Origin: Felis catus
Taxonomy: Eukaryota
DNA length: 64,000 nucleotides
Direction of reading: 5' to 3'
NCBI RefSeq assembly: GCF_018350175.1
Contig: NC_058368.1
Coordinates: 42,968,001-43,032,000 of the forward strand
The notes under the pieces were generated by a model. It searched no databases, was not told the DNA's origin, and worked only from the letters and a program-made list of their open reading frames with translations. The translations under genes and the position numbers were made by a program. Of the stretch, positions 1 to 13,700 are shown piece after piece (the stretch's first letter is position 1; every line of letters starts with the position of its first letter).

Positions 1-224
1 TACTGTCTATTCAAAAATAATTGCCATTTTCTAACTAACATTTACTAATGCTAATTTCTTAATATAAAGTAGATTACTTAATTCTCACAACAACACATTT
101 AAAATATTCAGTCATCAAGTAGGAGAGAAATCTTATCTTCCTTTTGCAACTTCATGGAAACTTCATACCTGCCATTGAAGGGGCAACTTAGTCAATTAAT
201 GAGTCTGGGAGAAGGAAGTTCTTA

Positions 225-592
225 TATTTCTTAGTCTATTAGGGCTGCCATAGTGGAGTATCACAGACTGGGTAGCTTATATATAACAAAAATGCATTTG
301 TCACAGTCCTGGCAGCTGGAAAGGCCAAGATAAGGAGCTGGCAAATTCCTGTGTCTGGTGAGAGACTGCTTCCTAGTTCATAGACAGTCCTATTTTCACT
401 ATAACCTTACATGGTGGAAGCAGCAAAGAAACTCTCTGGTGTCTCTTTTATAAGGGCACTGGTACTATTCACGAGGGCTTTGCATTCATAATGTAATCAC
501 CTCCCAAAAGCCCCACCTCCTAATATCACCACATAGGGCATTAGACTTGAAACTATGAAGTTTGGGGGAGCACAAATATTCGGTCTATAACA
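225..592 (-). mobile_element. MaLR solo LTR, MLT1A-like
   Basis: Typical MLT1A reverse-strand text: ttagtctattagggctgccata...cacagactgggtagctta...tgtctggtgagagactgcttcct...ttataagggcact...aatcacctcccaaaagccccacctcctaatatcaccaca...tctataaca. Confidence 0.8.
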
Positions 593-1537
593 TAGAGTAT
601 TTTAGATTTTCTGGATCTTCATTTTTTGGAGAGGCTTATTTTCTGAATATGTGTTCTCTCTTCCATAATAGGGCTTCTGGATTGTATTGATGGGAGAATT
701 TGCAATTCAGGCTTATGACATGGGGAACAATCTGGACACTAATCAGCAGTAAAGTGTTAAGGTTCCTCCTTGTGTCTAGATATCTAAGACAAATTTTCCA
801 GTTCAGCTTTATGAAAAGTGTAACATATTTTGATCTCCATCTGTGTGACACTTGTGACTGTCAGTTCAGAAGTTGAAGGAGAAACATTGAGCTCCTTAAG
901 CCTCCAAAAATTACCGCCTCTTTCTTTAACCAGGCAATTCTAAACTCAAAAGTTCTTCCACAATTATTTTCATATTGTAGATCTCAGTTACATAAATGAA
1001 TCAATATAATGTTTGTGAAAGAACTTTATAAACAATAGTGGATATAAAATTTTTACTTATTTTACATTAGGTTGTAGTGAAGACAGGCACTTAGAACTAA
1101 TGACATGTAGTTTTTATTGGTCTAACCCCCAAAAAGAGAATTGGATTTAAAATGAAATAAAAGAAAAAATGTTGGACTATGTTAAAACCTGCTGGAGAAA
1201 GAACAGGCCCTGCCATAGACCATAATACTTATAATAATATCATTTTGTCAATAAAATTATGATATTAATAAATAATTTTATTATAATTTTAAAGGACATA
1301 GCTTTGAGCTAGAGCAATTAACTGGCACTCAAGTTTGCATTGCTGCTTGCCCCAGATGCAAGAATAAAACCCTGGTCTGCCCAAATAAGATTATGTATAT
1401 ATTGCACCCATTGCAGGGTCCAACACAGTACCTAGATCTCAGTAAATGTTAGTATGTTCTCTTTCCTTCTTTAACTCAAAGATTAGAACCCCCATATTCC
1501 ATTTGCTTTTACTTATTTTAAAATCTAACACTTTCTA

Positions 1538-1752
1538 GGGGTGCCTGGGTGGCTTAGCCAGTTGAGTGTCCGACTTTGGCTCAGGTCATGATCTTGCAAC
1601 TTGTGAGTTTGAACCCCACATCAGGCTCTGTGCTGACAGCTCAGAGCCTGGAGCTACTTCAGATTCTGTCTCCCTCTCTCTGCCCCAACCCACTTGCATT
1701 CTGTCTCTGTTTCTCTCAAAAATAAATAAACATTAAAAATTTTTTTTAAAAA
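1538..1752 (+). mobile_element. Can-SINE (SINEC_Fc-like)
   Basis: ggggtgcctgggtggct tRNA-derived head, CT-rich body, aaataaataaacatt tail; TSD-like ctaacactttcta / ctaacacgttcta. Confidence 0.93.
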
Positions 1753-3007
1753 GAGCTAACACGTTCTATATGGTCAATGACAGTGTATTAGGTGAGTAGT
1801 TTTCAGAGAGAGAGAGAGAAAAGTTTTTATCTTTAATGATAAAAATTATCAATTTTAATATTGATAGTGTCTCATATGGAAAATCCTGCAGTGTTGGTTG
1901 TGATCTCTCCTCTTTCATTTGTGATTTTACTCATTTGGGTCCTTTCTTTTTTCTTTTTGATCAATCTGGCTAGGGGGTTATGAATTTTGTTAATTCTTTC
2001 AAAGAACCAGCTCCTGGTTTCACTGATCTATTCTACCATTTTATTTTTATTTTTATTTTTATATCATTGATTTCTGCTCTAATCTTTATTATTTTTCTTC
2101 TTCTGCTGTCTTTGGGCTTTATTTCCTGTTATTTTTCCAGCTCTTTTAGGTATAAGGGTAGGTTATGTATTTGAGACCTTTCTTCCTTCTTTAGGAAGGC
2201 CTGGATTGCTGTGACTCTTATGACTTATGACTGCCTTTGATGCATCCCAAAGGTTTTGGGTTGTCGTGTTTTCATTTTCATTGGTTTCCATGTACTTTTT
2301 AATTTCCTCTTTAATTTCTCGGTTAACCCATTCATTCTTTAGTAGGATACTCTTTAATTTCCAAGTATTCATGGTCTTTCCAAAGTTTTCCTTGCAGTTG
2401 ATTTCTAGTTTCATGGCACTGTTGTCTGAAAATATGCAAGGTATGACCTCGATCTTTTTGTACTCATTGAGGGCTGATTTGTGACCCAGTATGTGACATT
2501 CTGGAAAATGTTCCATGCGCACTTGAGAAGAATGTGTATTCTGCTGCTTTAGTATGTAGTATTCTGAATATATCTGTTAAGTCCATCTGGTCCAGTGTGC
2601 AATTCAGAGCCATTATTTCCTTGTTGATTTTCTGCTTAGATGATCCATCCTTTGTTGTAAGTGGGTTGAAGTCCTCTACTATTATGGTATTATTATCAAT
2701 GAGTTTCTTTATGTTTATGATTAATCAACTTATATATTTGGGTGCTTTCATATTGGGGGAATAAATATTTACAGTTGTTAGATCTTTTTGGTGGATAGAC
2801 TCCTTAATTATCATATAATGCCCTTCTCTCTTGTTACAGTCTTTATTTTAAAATCTAGTTTGTCTGATATAAGTATGGCTACTCCAGCTTTCTTTTGACA
2901 ACCATTAGCATAACAGATGGTTCTCCATTCCTTTGCTTTCAATCTGCAGGTGTCTTTAGGACTAAAATGAGTCTCTTGAAAGCAGCATATAGATGGGTCT
3001 TGGTTTC

Positions 3008-3222
3008 TTTTTTTTTCTTAATGTTTATTTTTGTGACAAAGAAAGAATGAGACAGAGGGAGAGCTGGGGAGGGGCAGAGAGAAAGGGAGACACAGAATCT
3101 GAAGCAGGCTCTAGGTTCTGAGCTGTCAGCACAGAGCCCGATGCAGCTTAAACTCATGGATTGCAAGATCATGACCTGAGCCAAAGTCAGATGCTTAACC
3201 AACTCAGCCATCCAGGTGTCCC
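3008..3222 (-). mobile_element. Can-SINE inserted in L1 ORF2
   Basis: tttttttaatgtttatttt...gagacacagaatctgaagcaggctct...tgtcagcacagagccc...tcatgacctgagccaaagtc...ccaggtgtccc interrupts otherwise continuous L1 sequence. Confidence 0.92.
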
Positions 3223-3421
3223 TTAGTGTCTTATCTGTTCTGATACTTATGTCTTTTGATTGTAGCCTTTAGTCCATTGACATTTAGAGTGAGTACTAAA
3301 AGATATGAATTTAGTGCTACTGTGTAGCCTGTTGAGTTGGTGTTTCTGGTGATGTTCTCTGGTCCTTTCTAGTCTTTGTTGCTTTTGATTTTTTATGTTT
3401 CATTTCCTCTTTTTTCTCCAC

Positions 3422-4300
3422 TCAAAGAATCCCCCTTAAAATTTCTTGCAGGCCTGGTTTAGTAGTCACGAACTCCTTTAGTTTTTGTTTGTCTGGGAAA
3501 CTCTTTATCTTTCCTTCTGTTTTGAATGGCAGTCTTGCTGGATAAAGAATTCTAGGCTGCGTATTTTTCTGATTCAGCACGTTGACTATATCCTGCCACT
3601 CCTTTCTGGCCTGCCAAGTTTCTGTGGATAGGTTTGCTATGAGCCTGATCTGCCTTTCCTTATATGTTAAGGATTTTTTTTCTCTTGCTGCTTTCATAAT
3701 TCTTTCCTTGTCTGCATATTATTTTGTGAATGATATGCCTTGTTGATGGTTGGTTTTTATTGAATCTAATGGGAGTTCTCTGTGCTTCTTGGATTTTGAT
3801 GTCTGTGTCCTTTTCCAGATTAGGAAAGCTTTCTGCTATAATCTACTCACAAAAAACTTCTGTCCCTTTTTCTCTCTCTTCATCTTCTGGGACTCCTATG
3901 ATTTGGGTGTTATTCCTTTTTAATAAGTCACTGGATTCTCTAAACCTTGTATTGTTATCTTTTGCCTTTGTTTCCCTCTTTTTTTCCTGCTTCATTATTC
4001 TCTATAATTTTATCTTCCAAATTGCTCATTCGCTGCTCTGCTTCATCCACCCTTGCCATCATGGCATCCATTCAACATTGCATCTCAGTTACAACATTTT
4101 TAATTTTGTCCTGATTAGATTTTATTTCTTTTATCTCTACAGAAAGGGATTCTACACTTTCTTCAACCTTAGCTAGTATTCTTATTATCATGGTTCTGTA
4201 TTCTAGTTCAGATATCTTGTTTATGTCTGTGATCAATTAAGCTCCTGGCTGTTATTTCTTCCTCTTCTTTCTTTTGGGGTGAATTCCTTTGTTTTGTTAT
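3422..4300 (-). pseudogene. L1 ORF1 remnant
   Basis: C-terminal ORF1 peptide in the ORF track; N-terminus ..aggaattcaccccaaaagaaagaa with the start codon decayed to ATA near 4300. Confidence 0.85.
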
Positions 4301-7300
4301 TTTAGAGAAAAAAATTCATAATGTAAAAACTGAAAGTTAACATATTAAAAAGAAAACAAAAATTCAAATAACCGAAGCTAGATCTTAGGTGTGTTTTGGT
4401 CTGCTTGTTGAAGGAAGCATGATGGACTAGAGAAAAAAAGGGAAAGAAAATAAAAAAGGTAAGAAAAAATTTAAAAATTAAGAAAAAAATTAAATAATAA
4501 AGTAGAATAAAATGGAATAAAGAATATGAAATAGAATAAAAATTTAAAAAATAAAAAATAAAGTAAAAAAATAAATATTTCTCTTCCTATATCCAAGAAT
4601 GAGGAAGAAAGGGGGGAAAAGGGGAAAAAAGAAAAAAAAATGAAAGAAACAATTTAAACAAAAATGGAAGCAAAGAAAACGAACAAATAAATGAAACAGC
4701 AAACAGAATAAAACCCAAATAAAGTTATATACAGTTTCCCCTAGAACTGAAACTTTGAAGCCTTCTATAATCTGTACAGTAAGTAGGTAGAGTGACTTCT
4801 GCTGTTCTTCTAGTGGATGCGCCTGTAGGGCACAGTTGGGCAGGACTTGGTGTAATGGCTCCTTTCTACACTAGGTGGCGCTGCTTAGTTTACTGGGGTG
4901 GATGAACGCAGTGTGTGTGTGAGTGCACATGCATGTGTGCACATGGTAGAAGTGGAAATGGCTTTACCCAGCTCTCTAGTCTCTGACACAGGAATTTCAT
5001 CTCTCACTGACCAGAGATCAAGATCCCCTCCTTTGTCTTGGGTTTCTACCCTGCCTCTACCCTTTATGTGTCCAACCTGTCCCCCCTGCCAGGCAGCACC
5101 TCACTCCAGAGTTTTATCTCAGATGGGGTTGTGTGACCAATGGACAGGTGATAGCTTACCCCAGAAAATGTTTATCTGATTGTTCAATGGCAGAAGTTCA
5201 GAGATTATGGCAAACTACAATATACAGCTGGTGCCAGGTTTCACTGCACTCTGGTGTCTTTGTCCCAATATCAGCAAACATGGCTGCTCTCCAAGGTCCA
5301 CTGGGACCTTTGCCTGTGGGGAGGCCATATGGTCTCTACCAAATGCACTCCAAGCAGGGTAACTCTTTCTCCCCATGTGGCATGTGGACCACTCAGACCC
5401 TGCTGCCTTCTCCTGGGGATTATCCTTGCTTCCTCACCAGAGCACCACCTGGCACTGAGATTCTAAACTTCAGATTCTGTGCTTCACTATTTATAGAATC
5501 CTGGTGGTATTAAAACCTTCTCCTTTCTTCCCATCAGTGGTTTTGAGGAACAGATTTCTTGTTCGGTTTCCTGTGAGTGTTTTCACTCTTTCTCTCCCAT
5601 TCTCTCCAGCTACTTCAAGGGGAGTGCTTTTCTTGCACAATCCTGGTGTGCTCCACTCTCCCCCTTTTCTTTCTCTGTCATCTCTCCACAAAAACTGCTC
5701 CCTACTCTCCACGGCTTTTCTCTCCCCCAGTTGACCTCTCGGCACTGCATACCTGCCAAGTTCTGTGGCTCAAGTTATGCAGATTGTTGTGTTAATCCTC
5801 AGATCAATTTTCTAGGTGTTTGAAATGGTTTGGTGCTGATCTGACTGCACCTCAAGGACCAGACAAGCCCAGGGTCTCCATGCTGCTCCAGCATCTCAAC
5901 TCCTCCCCCCTAGATGGAAAATTCAATATGCAAACATTGTATTTTGTACAAGCATCATTGTAAAGCTACCTAATTTTGATGGATAATTGTGTTCCTAAAA
6001 TAAGTTGAAGTTAGACAAATTTGGAAAATGGAATTGCATTTCAAATAAAAGGAAGTGGCTCAATAGAGACTGAAAAAATGCTAGTAAATATTACAGTAAT
6101 TGAAAACCTCTCAACATGTTAATATTAAGTCTATAATCCATCTGCTGGCAATTAAAGATGTTTATTTTTTTTCTTCAAAGGGAAATTTTGAAGAAGTATT
6201 TTTAATTTCTATAGGATTTTGATTGGTGTTTCTCTACTAACATTGGAGTGGAGTGTGATTGAACACACAGGTGTGCATGTGAAAGACCATGTGAATAAAT
6301 GTGAGTGGAGTGTGCATGCGTGTGGATGTATGAGCAACATGTATGTGTGAAGACATAAGAGCACATACAAGCATAACCATGAGCTTATGTGCGGGTATAC
6401 GTAATCAGTGTAGGTTTATTCAGACAAGGATGGTGTTTAATGTATCAGTGCTAAATAGAATCTATGAGCTTCCTTTATCTCTACCAGCAAATCCACAGAT
6501 GCTTCCTGGCTGAATATTGCCTTTGCTCATATAATTTGAGAAAGACCCCAATGTGCTTCTGACACTCCTCCTCTCTTCTCTTGAGAAGCCATCCTTTAGA
6601 TTATGATATTGAGGAAATCATACCGCTGTTTTGGTTTATTTTTTTCTCTACTTTTCCTTCTTATAGGCAGACACTACTGTTGATAGTATCTTCTCAGTTG
6701 TGCAAATGTTGCCTAAACGACCAACAACTCAATGTAAGATGACATACACATGCAAAAGATGTCACTTTAGGTTTTTAACTGTAGCACCTAATCTTGGGCA
6801 AAAACGATACTCTATCTTTGATTGTAACTGCTACGTTAGTCAGGATTCTTTCTTTTTTCCTAGCCTTTTGCTACTGTTCAGCACCAATAATATTCTTTTG
6901 TAGGTAGTACCCATTTTGTGAAAAAATACTTTTTTTTAACTTAAATGTTTCCCCTTACTTAATCTATTCCAATAGATAATTCTTTTTTTTTGCCATTTCT
7001 TCTATCATGCAAATCAAACCAGAGTCTATAACTTAATATTCAAATATTTTTTGGTTTGAACTATATGTAGTCATATGGGAGACTTTGTTTTAATTTTAAC
7101 ATTGATTAAAGATCTTCACCATAACATAAAAAGATAATTTTCAACTGAAGTTTTAGTTTTTTGAGGTAAGCAAACTAGTGTTTGTTTGTGTCTATGTTTA
7201 ATTGCATAGAGTCTATTTGCTCCTCTATAAATTACTTTCTAGTAGGGGTATATAACTGGTAACAGTCCCTTATGTTTGATTTGACTAGTATAATGTTTTC

Positions 7301-9838
7301 TAGGTATTTGAATTTGAAAAATTTTATAAAGAACATCAAGTTCTAATTCTCCAGGTTTTGCACCACTCTGTATTACACGAGCTTGCATATATATGTATGG
7401 ATTGATCTGCTTGGCCTCTCACAGCATTTAAGACTGGGACTCCCAAATTAAAGGGATGTTAATACCCTGTTAGGACAACATAAAAACAAAAAAAAAATGT
7501 ATAACGAGCTGAGTACCATCAACAACTTGAAATAATTAAAATTATTTCTAATTAATTATAATAATTAAAAATTAGTTATAATACCTTATTGGTTGTCATG
7601 CAGCTGAATAATTAGGAAAAAGTAAATAAACAAGGCCCAACTTCTTTCAGTGTAGGAAGTCTCTTGTAAGAAGTGGGACTTTAAAATCTACTGTTACAAG
7701 AAGATATTAAAAAGAAAAGATATGCTACTCCCAAAAGTTACTTATATGAACTGAAAAGAAAAAAAAAAGAAGATGACAAAAAAAAAGCAGACAAGACAAA
7801 AATAGGATGTTGTGAAGAATATATGGAAAGGAGACATAAAGAAGAATATAGAAGCCAAGAGATCCTAAGGAACCTGTTGAAGACAATGAAGCAGTTCTCA
7901 GTTTTATAATTCAACTTGTATTTAGTTTACCCATTCCTATATTTTTAATATATTTTTTGTAAGATTTACCCCTTGTGACTAAGAATTTCATTTTTATTGA
8001 AATAGATATTGCCTCTTATTATGTTACTGAGTGACTGCTCTATGTCAGGGCAGAACCATAGAACTGGTGTACCATATTTGACTTGGCAAAATGTAAGGGG
8101 ACAACATTTAGAAAGATTTTCATATCATAATATTTGAAAATGACAAATATAATCCACAATCCATGTACACTTGGGTGCAGTGCACAGAAATATATACCTC
8201 TGACCTCATTTGAAGTTAAAGAGACCAATAAATATATAATCCCAGCGTAAAGTGGTTTGTTACCATCCGTTTCTTTTAGGCCAAATCTTATGTTCTGAGT
8301 TCTCAGAAGTGTAACGTGTCTCTTTCTCTGAGGTTATGAAAAGACTATACTTGTTATGTTGTCTCTCAAAACAGTGGTTAGAGAAAAAGTTATAATGACA
8401 TTAGTTATATATTCTTTGGCCTTATCAGAGTAGTACATGTAGTTGCTGCAATTAGAAAAATATATTAAGTGATTTAAATATAATTCTGAATATGCCTCAA
8501 GTTAGTTCACAGACACACATACAAGAGAATCTATTAAACAAAGCAGTAGGTAAAAGGACATGGGATATTGAAACCTCTCCTTAAATTGAACTATTTTCCC
8601 TTTTACTAAGAGTTATGATATATACAACACAGAGGTTTTTATTTTCTTAAACTCTTTTGGGTAGTGATCTAACCTTTAATGAGCTAACCTTTTGAGTTCA
8701 AATTCAGTTCATAAAATGGCATTTTCCAAAGAGCAGGAAGAGTCATATTTAGAAAATATAAGTACATCAGCCAAAAGTCAATTTGTGCATTTGCTATTCA
8801 CTTTCCTCAGTGTTCTCAAATCATCCAAAAATATCTTCCTGGGTGCTGCAGCCAAACTTTTTTTCTTCATATATTAGCAAAATATCCCTGTTGGATAAGA
8901 ATATTCAGTGTTTCTTTCTTCAAAATACCTTAAAATTCAGCTGGCAGTTCATACTTTTTTTTTACATGCTTGTAAAAAAATATACAGGGAAAAGTATATT
9001 CTGTGGATAAAATCTGATTATTAATCTCTTGAAATAACTACAACTGAAAGCAAAGCCAAAAAATAGAGAATGGTGGGAAAACGTTGAAAGAGATCCATAA
9101 AAACTATTCAAATTCTAAATTAAATTAAGCTAACTTCCTAGCGAAAGTTCGAAGAGACCTAATAATGTTCAGTAGTTTAGTGTGCTCAGTGTTTACTACT
9201 TAACATATAATTTGTAGGTATTTAACCCTAAGAGAGGGTGTTCTTGAGTAGACAGCCTCTGGGCAAAGGAAGCCAACAGAAGCCTTAACAAATGCCTAAT
9301 TAAACTAGAATCTATTTTGTATCAACAATTTACCTAACCCCACACCAGGTACTTTTGGGTTGAGGTTGAGAGAAAAAACAAAAATGAAAACAAACAACAA
9401 CAACAACAAAACACCAAAAGCAATTTCTGAGTGCCACAAAGCAAGACACCACCAAAAAATGAGAGCTGTTGGTGGTCTTCACTTAGTCTGTGGCGATCAG
9501 AGATGGGGGTGGAATTAGAAGAATCAGGAAAACAGCCAATGGCACAAACGTCTGCATGATTATTGTTTTGTAGGAACATGCATTCTAAAAGCAAACATAA
9601 TTATGACAGCCTGCTTGTATATGAACTGCCTCTCTCTCTTATTCACAGCTTAGGCATATTATGTAAATCTTTTTTATTTTAAGCTTCAAAAATAAATTAT
9701 TTTAGTACTCTTTTGAATAAAATTTAAAGAAGACTGCTTTCTATGGTAACTGACAAGGTTTATCTGAGCAGCATTTCTGCCCCCAGCTTCTTTCTTATTT
9801 TTACCATGACTTATAATGTTTTCTCTCTTCTTGAACTA

Positions 9839-9841
<3 letters not shown>

Positions 9842-9884
<43 letters not shown>
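9842..9884. repeat. (TA)n microsatellite
   Basis: Pure TA run of about 21 units. Confidence 0.97.
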
Positions 9885-9890
<6 letters not shown>

Positions 9891-10474
9891 GAAGTAATGT
9901 ACTATGTGTGCGGATGTGAGTAACAGGCCTTTCAAGCAGCCAGCCTGTCAAGGCACTGGTCTATCGGGCCATGCCAGTCATGTCAGGGGACCACTTATTT
10001 GGTAGGCCTTGTCACATAGTGAGGTATTTTCTAGATACTGGGGAAAAAAAGAATAATATAAAATGTTTTTATACTTTGCAAAAGATCCATTTTATTGTAT
10101 ATGTAAACAGAATACATACATATGCGTATATTATTTTTGTAAACAATGTGTGTGTGCATGTGGAGTGTGTGTATGTACGTGTATGGGTAAAAACAAGGAC
10201 TGCTATTTAGAGTATTATCTGTTTGCCTAACTCTATAGTAGATTTGGGTGCACAGCATTTGAAGAAGGGACAGCAACAAAGCTAAACAACCTGGTATAAT
10301 GAAGGAAGGAGTAGTATATAGGGAACTGTAGAAGGAGACTGTGATCAGGTAAGCCAGGTAAGCAGAATAATAAGAAAGAGAATAAAGGGACCCTGGCTAT
10401 GATCAACCATAGAATGGACTTTGGGTAATAATATTTATTGAGGATGGAAGTTGTTTCTTACAGGTATTTCATTT

Positions 10475-10694
10475 CATTTCTTTTTAAGTTTATTTATTTT
10501 GAGAGAGAGCGAGAACAAGAGAACACAAGCTAAGGAGAGGGGTAGAGATAGAGGGAGAAAGAAAATCCTAAGAAGGCTCTGCACCATCAGCACGCGTAGC
10601 CTGATAGGAAGTTTGAACTCACAAACAGCGAAATCATGATGACCTCAGCAAAACCCAAGAGTCCATCACTTAACCGAGGAGCCACCAGGTGCCT
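10475..10694 (-). mobile_element. Can-SINE (older, diverged)
   Basis: Reverse SINE tail, GA-rich tract and head; TSD-like ggtatttcattt / ggtattccattt. Confidence 0.88.
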
Positions 10695-11004
10695 ATTATG
10701 GGTATTCCATTTACAATTTTCTATTTCCACATATATAATCCTCAGTATTTTCTATGTTTCTCATGATTGTGTTTGTGTATATTTCAGGCATCCAAAACAT
10801 ATAGCCAATGATGTAAAAAACACACATGAAACCAGCACCCAGCTTACAAAATTTCATCTTCACAGTTATAGTTGAAGCATATTTACATCCTTCTCTCCTT
10901 AGAGGTAGCTACTGTTCCCATTTTTATCTGCATGTTTATACATATGTAGCATGTTATTTGAATAAATATAATTGACATTTTAGAGTACTTATCATTTTGG
11001 GGGA

Positions 11005-11672
11005 CATTTTTAATAAACTTTATCTTTTAGAACAATTTTAGGTTCATAGCAAAATTGAGTGGAAGGTACACAGATTATTGATACACACCCTGCCCTCACA
11101 TACGATAGCTGCCTCCATTATCAACATTCACCTCTAGTGTGGTATTTCTGTTACAATTGACACACCATTAACACCAAAAGTCCATAGTTTACATTAGGGC
11201 TCACTTTTGTTGTACCTTCAGTGGGCTTGGACACAGGCACAATGACATGTATTCACCAGTAACAGTGTTATACAGAATAAATCCTTTGCTCCGCCTAAAT
11301 CCTATTTGCTCTGTTCATCCCTCCTTCTCCCCTAACTCCTGGAAACCAATGATCTTTTTACTGTCTCCATAGCTTTCCTTTTCTGGGATGTCATATGGTT
11401 GAAATCATACAGTATATGTGCCTTTTCAAACTGGCCTCTTTCACTTGCTAATATGCATTTAAGTTTCCTTCATGTCTTTTATGGCTTGATAGCTAGCTCA
11501 TTTCTTTTTAACATTAAATGACATTTCATTGTCTGAATGTGCCACAGCTTATTTATCCACTCACTTACTGAAGGACATCTTAGCTGCTTCCAAGTTATGC
11601 AATTATGAATAAAGCAGCTATAAATATCCATGTGTGGCTTTTCATGTAGACATAAGTTTTCAACTCCTTTGT
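11005..11672 (-). mobile_element. Old L1 (L1MC-like) 3' end
   Basis: ORF 11479-11682 carries a degraded ORF2 C-terminal motif (WKQLRCPSVSEWINKLWHIQTMK...KRNEL); 3'UTR text ttttaggttcatagcaaaattgagtggaaggtaca. Confidence 0.8.
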
Positions 11673-11930
11673 TCAATAGCATTGAACAAAACAGGCAAAC
11701 TTATTTTTGCTTCAGAATGTTAGCTATGTGTCATCTACCATTTCTGTGTATTTTATAGCGAGACTATTGTTTTTCTTTAAGGACAGCAACTACAGTATGT
11801 TGCTGGAAATGACTCCTTTTTCTCTCTGTAACCAAATACATGCATAGAATTTTAGTAAAATAAATTTGTATGGTCAATAAACACATTCCTAGTATTGTAA
11901 CAGGCTCAGAATTCCCAAGTTTCCAAGTTG

Positions 11931-11967
<37 letters not shown>

Positions 11968-12482
11968 GCTGTAAAATATTACTAATAGTTTTAAGCCTCT
12001 CCTGGGTTATTATCTGCAGTAATGGCCTATGTTAACTTTTAAGATTATACTGATTCTCTGGAATATAAAATATTTAGTATATTGCATAATACATTATAGG
12101 TGTTCTATAAATAATAATTAACTATTTTCTCTCCCCTGCCATGATATAAGGCAGGCTATTTCTCTAATCTATCTTATTCTGCCACAAAATAATAATAAAC
12201 TTAACTATATGAGAAATAAAAGGCTCATAAAATATTGCACAATAAATTGTGCTGTCCTCTGGGTATTGATATTTCTTTTAAGTTTCATTTCCTTATTTGA
12301 AGGTGAATGACCAATCTACTAATTGCCATGAATTGATCATCTGTCTAATTGTAGTGCTATGCACTTTGCAGCCATATGTTTTCCCCTTGCTGAATATCAT
12401 GACCACAATATTATGTATTAGTAGCGACTCTCAAAGAACCACAAGGAATTTTCCAGGAATTAAGACAGAAACTGATACTAAT

Positions 12483-12681
12483 TTATTTTTTATGTTAATT
12501 TATTTTTGAGAGAGCACAAGTGAGGGAAGGGCAGAGAGAGAGGGGGACAGATGATCTGATGTGGGCTCAGCACTGATAGGCTGACAGCAGGGAACCCAAT
12601 GTGGGGCTCACTCTCACAAACCGCTAGATAATGACCTAAGCTGAAGTTTGATGCTCAACCAGCTGAGCCACTCAGGTGCCC
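12483..12681 (-). mobile_element. Can-SINE
   Basis: SINE body in reverse; TSD ctgatactaat on both sides. Confidence 0.9.
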
Positions 12682-12941
12682 CTGATACTAATGTTTTTGA
12701 GTTAATTAATATTGGTATGATCAGCTTTGATAGTTCATTACTGACATGATGGACCTATAACAGGAATCTGTTATATGCTAGGACTTGTCATTTGATATAT
12801 GGCATGTCTCTCTGAGCTTGTTTTTTCCTGTCAACTACTGCAGTACTGGCCCTACTATGTTCGATATGAATGACTTATAATTCACTCAGATGTAGTTTCT
12901 TCCTGTCCCCTCTAAACACAGGACAGGAGAAGTAGCTTTAA

Positions 12942-13330
12942 GACATTAATCTACTTGGGCTGCCATAACAATACCACAGACCGGGTGGCTTAAACAAATT
13001 ACTTTCTTACAAGTTTGGAGATTTTAAGTCCAAGATCAAGGTGCCAGCAGGGTTGGTTTCTAGTGAAACTTTTCCTGTCTTGCAGGTGACTGCTTTCTTA
13101 CTGTGTCCTCATATAGCCTTTCCTCTTTGCTTGCATGGAAACAGAGAGAGGTATCTTTGGTGGTATCTCATCCTCTTCCCATAAGGATACCAATCCTATC
13201 ATATTTGGGCTGTACCTTTATGATTTTATTTAACCTTAAGTACCCCCTCATGTCCTTATCTCCAAATACAGCCCCATTGGGGGTTAGGGCTTCCACATAT
13301 GAATCTGGGGTGGAGAGGGCCATTCTATAC
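12942..13330 (-). mobile_element. MaLR LTR, MLT1A/B-like
   Basis: ttgggctgccataacaataccacagaccgggtggcttaaacaa...aagtccaagatcaaggtgccagcagggttggtttct...ctgtgtcctcat...tctccaaatacagcc. Confidence 0.8.
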
Positions 13331-13539
13331 CAGATTTCTTTCCTTAAATATACTTAAATACAATTCTCTTTCTGGAAGCACCATAGCATACGATGCCAAT
13401 ACAACATCTGGAATCATGGATTACATGATTACAAGGTAATTTCTATAATTCAATGTTAGTGTTTGATCCCTAGATCATGTTTTATCAAGTATGTTTGCTG
13501 TACTCACCATAATAAAAATACAAGTTCTATAAAACCTTG

Positions 13540-13700
13540 GAGCTGTGGTTTTCAAATGGCATTCTTAGAATCCCTTGGATTCATTACTCACAGCATATAT
13601 GCCAACACCCACCACAGGGAGTTTAATTCAGTAGGTCTGAAATGAGGCTTGAAGAACCTGGTTTAAAAGCCTCACAGATCATTCTAAATTTAGTAACTAC
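13540..13700. mobile_element. MER5A-like hAT DNA transposon relic
   Basis: gtggttttcaaa...ttagaatcccttgga...tttaattcagtaggtctgaaatgaggcttgaagaa pattern. Confidence 0.55.

Larger units (their letters stand above)
1885..5910 (-). mobile_element. Carnivore LINE-1, 5' half: 5'UTR, ORF1 and ORF2 endonuclease region; 3'-truncated and decayed
   Basis: Minus strand starts ggggggaggagttgagatgctggagcagca (L1 5' end) at 5910. ORF1 C-terminus in ORF 3422-3697 (LSTETWQARKEWQDI...QPRILYPARL...FPDKQKLKEFVTTKP). ORF2 EN-adjacent peptide in ORF 2163-2522 ([19 protein letters not shown]...[15 protein letters not shown]...[10 protein letters not shown]). Confidence 0.95.

Noticed and set aside
3730..4176. 148-aa + strand ORF (and similar ones at 19410-19853, 2227-2484, 58790-58984)
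   Set aside because: Antisense shadows of L1 ORF1/ORF2, not genes.
9913..10016. Short GC-richer segment with loosely inverted ends (acaggcct...aggccttgt)
   Set aside because: Too short and imperfect; probably an old MITE relic that I cannot name.
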